From assembly GCA_036172245.1 (NCBI GenBank), contig JAYWIR010000003.1:1798001-1862000 (forward strand): a stretch of DNA of 64,000 bases. The letters run 5' to 3'. A model generated the notes under the pieces. That model saw only the letters and a program-made list of their open reading frames with translations, was not told the origin of the DNA and made no database searches. Source of the stretch: Raillietiella orientalis. Its lineage: Eukaryota. Positions 62,400 to 64,000 of this stretch are shown one piece after another. Within the stretch, counting starts at the first letter, position 1. Each line of letters begins with the position of its first letter. A program made the translations under genes and the position numbers.

Positions 62400-64000
62400 C
62401 TAGACTGCAGATTGAAAAGTCGCCGAAGAACTGCTCTTCCTAAACGATTCGGACGGGAAAAAAGAGAGAGGGAGAGAGAGAAAAGAGATCCCCGCACCTC
62501 GCTGCGCTGAAGAATTGTTTTCGTTCCCAGAAAAAATGCAAGACATCGATCTTTCTTCCCCGAGGGAGTACCGACGCGCACTTATTCTCAGGGTGTGCAG
62601 CGAAAAAGTCCAGTCCAAAGCCTTCGGTCCCCCGAGAGATCGAACACAATTCACGCATGAGCTGATTTCGAAATGTGGCAGGGGTATGGTCCACTGGGGG
62701 GTCGGATTGGTCGACGTAAATTTCGCGAAGACAAATCAGTCCGGATAGCTCTGCTTCAGCATATCTTCAAGTGCCAGGATCACGGAAGAAACCTTCAGAT
62801 GACACAAGCCGCAAAATCGGATGCAGCGTGCTGGAGGAGAACAGGACTAGAATTCCTTCTTGTCTTGCGTTTTGCTCAGTGGAGGAGTAGTCAGCGGAAT
62901 GGATGCCCACGGAAGGACATTCGCTGCCGTCCACAAATGAGATAAATTTCGGAGCATGCACTTGCGCCGATTCCTCGAGTACCAATTGCTATCATAAACG
63001 CACTCCTCTGAGACCATTTAAGTTGTAAACACAATAAAAGGAAACGTCCCTCCATATCCTCCCAGGGAGAGTTTAGCACTCTGAGGGCAATGGCGAAGGC
63101 CAAATTCCTTTTCCCAAAGTTCCCGCAGTGCCACGCATAGATGTTCTCTTTTGGAGGAGGTGGGGGAGTTTACGCGGCGATCCCTCTGCACACGGCACGC
63201 GTGTCTGCGCAGACGACCGTGCGTTTCTTACAAACGGGGGGTGTGCGCTTTCAGTTTTAGTATATGTACAGCCGAAACGTGTACGCTTTCAGTGGCAGCG
63301 GTTGCATGCGCTCCCCGCATACGGAGGCATCGCCTCCAACGGAAGATTCGCACTTTGGTGGCACCATCCGATTCCACGGCACTCATGGCCCCGCGTTGCT
63401 GAAAGTCCTGCTTTCCTAGTCCTTGCGGCATTCGGTTTCACTCGAATTTTGGGGTGCGCAGCAACAAATCATCATCCTCGGACAGCGATCCGGAGAACCC
63501 GTCAGTTGGTCCACCAATGCCGTGAGGAGTTAGCTGACTTTCGGTCACTTTCAGGATCTAGTGTTCCTGTTTTCCACGGGAGCAGATGCCACCACCATAC
63601 GTGATTTTTCTCCGATCCCTGTCAGACCCTGCGACACGCGTCGTCGCCATGGATACCGTTAAAGCGCGACTGCTTGTCGGCAGTCTCTCCCCGAAGGCAA
63701 CGGCCAATGGGCAAAAGCTTTCTCCACATTTCCCCTCCTTTTTTCCCGCGAGTGTTCCCGATTCCGGGATGAACAGAATTCTGCGGTGGCCATGTATGAC
63801 AAATCGAGAGTCAAAGAGCAAATGTGGAATCAGAACATAGCAGGAAATCTGTCCACACGCGTCCACGCGCAAAGTGGATGTGTTTCATCTCAGACAGTCG
63901 GTTCACCGTTCGGCCGCCCCATCTCAGTGCGTACTCACAGAGAAGATGAGGCGTCTTCTCGAATCACCGAAATGATTTTTGATCCCATTTCATGGCTCTC
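62400..64000 (-). mobile_element. Probable degenerate LINE fragment (endonuclease end to RT start)
   Basis: 'SRGTEGFGLDFF' resembles the SPGPDG...EF motif preceding RT. Upstream 'LRVD' and 'IHGHRRI' resemble the RID and SDH motifs. Highly decayed. Confidence 0.35.
63255..63284 (-). pseudogene. U6: 3'-truncated U6 snRNA retrocopy (nt ~1-30) with 10-bp TSD
   Basis: Minus strand reads GTACACGTTTCGGCTGTACATATACTAAAA. The perfect direct repeat CGCTTTCAGT lies at 63246-63255 and 63284-63293. Confidence 0.85.

Overview
Eukaryotic (metazoan) genomic DNA. The 41-77 bp introns and the LIN-28 sequence are compatible with a clade I nematode, but this is only an inference. Three protein-coding genes can be reconstructed with GT-AG introns in consistent phase: AAR2 (minus, 4788-6059, 4 exons), ORC4 (plus, 16330-17852, 6 exons) and lin-28 (minus, 28515-44261; cold-shock domain plus two CCHC knuckles; introns of about 6.0, 0.7 and 8.4 kb). 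The rest is largely a graveyard of degenerate L1/Tx1-like non-LTR retrotransposon fragments, with a tRNA-headed SINE-like family, a MITE-like element, minisatellites and AT-rich islands, and a strong AT-rich to GC/CpG-rich transition. Two observations stand out. First, three independent 27-38 nt copies of the U6 snRNA 5' end, with no tail, are flanked by 10-13 bp target-site duplications (two perfect, one degenerate). Second, a near-identical 632-bp inverted repeat (51096-51727 / 58967-59598) is embedded in older, diverged LINE/SINE homology and brackets an RT fragment. Most long GC-rich ORFs in the track are spurious.
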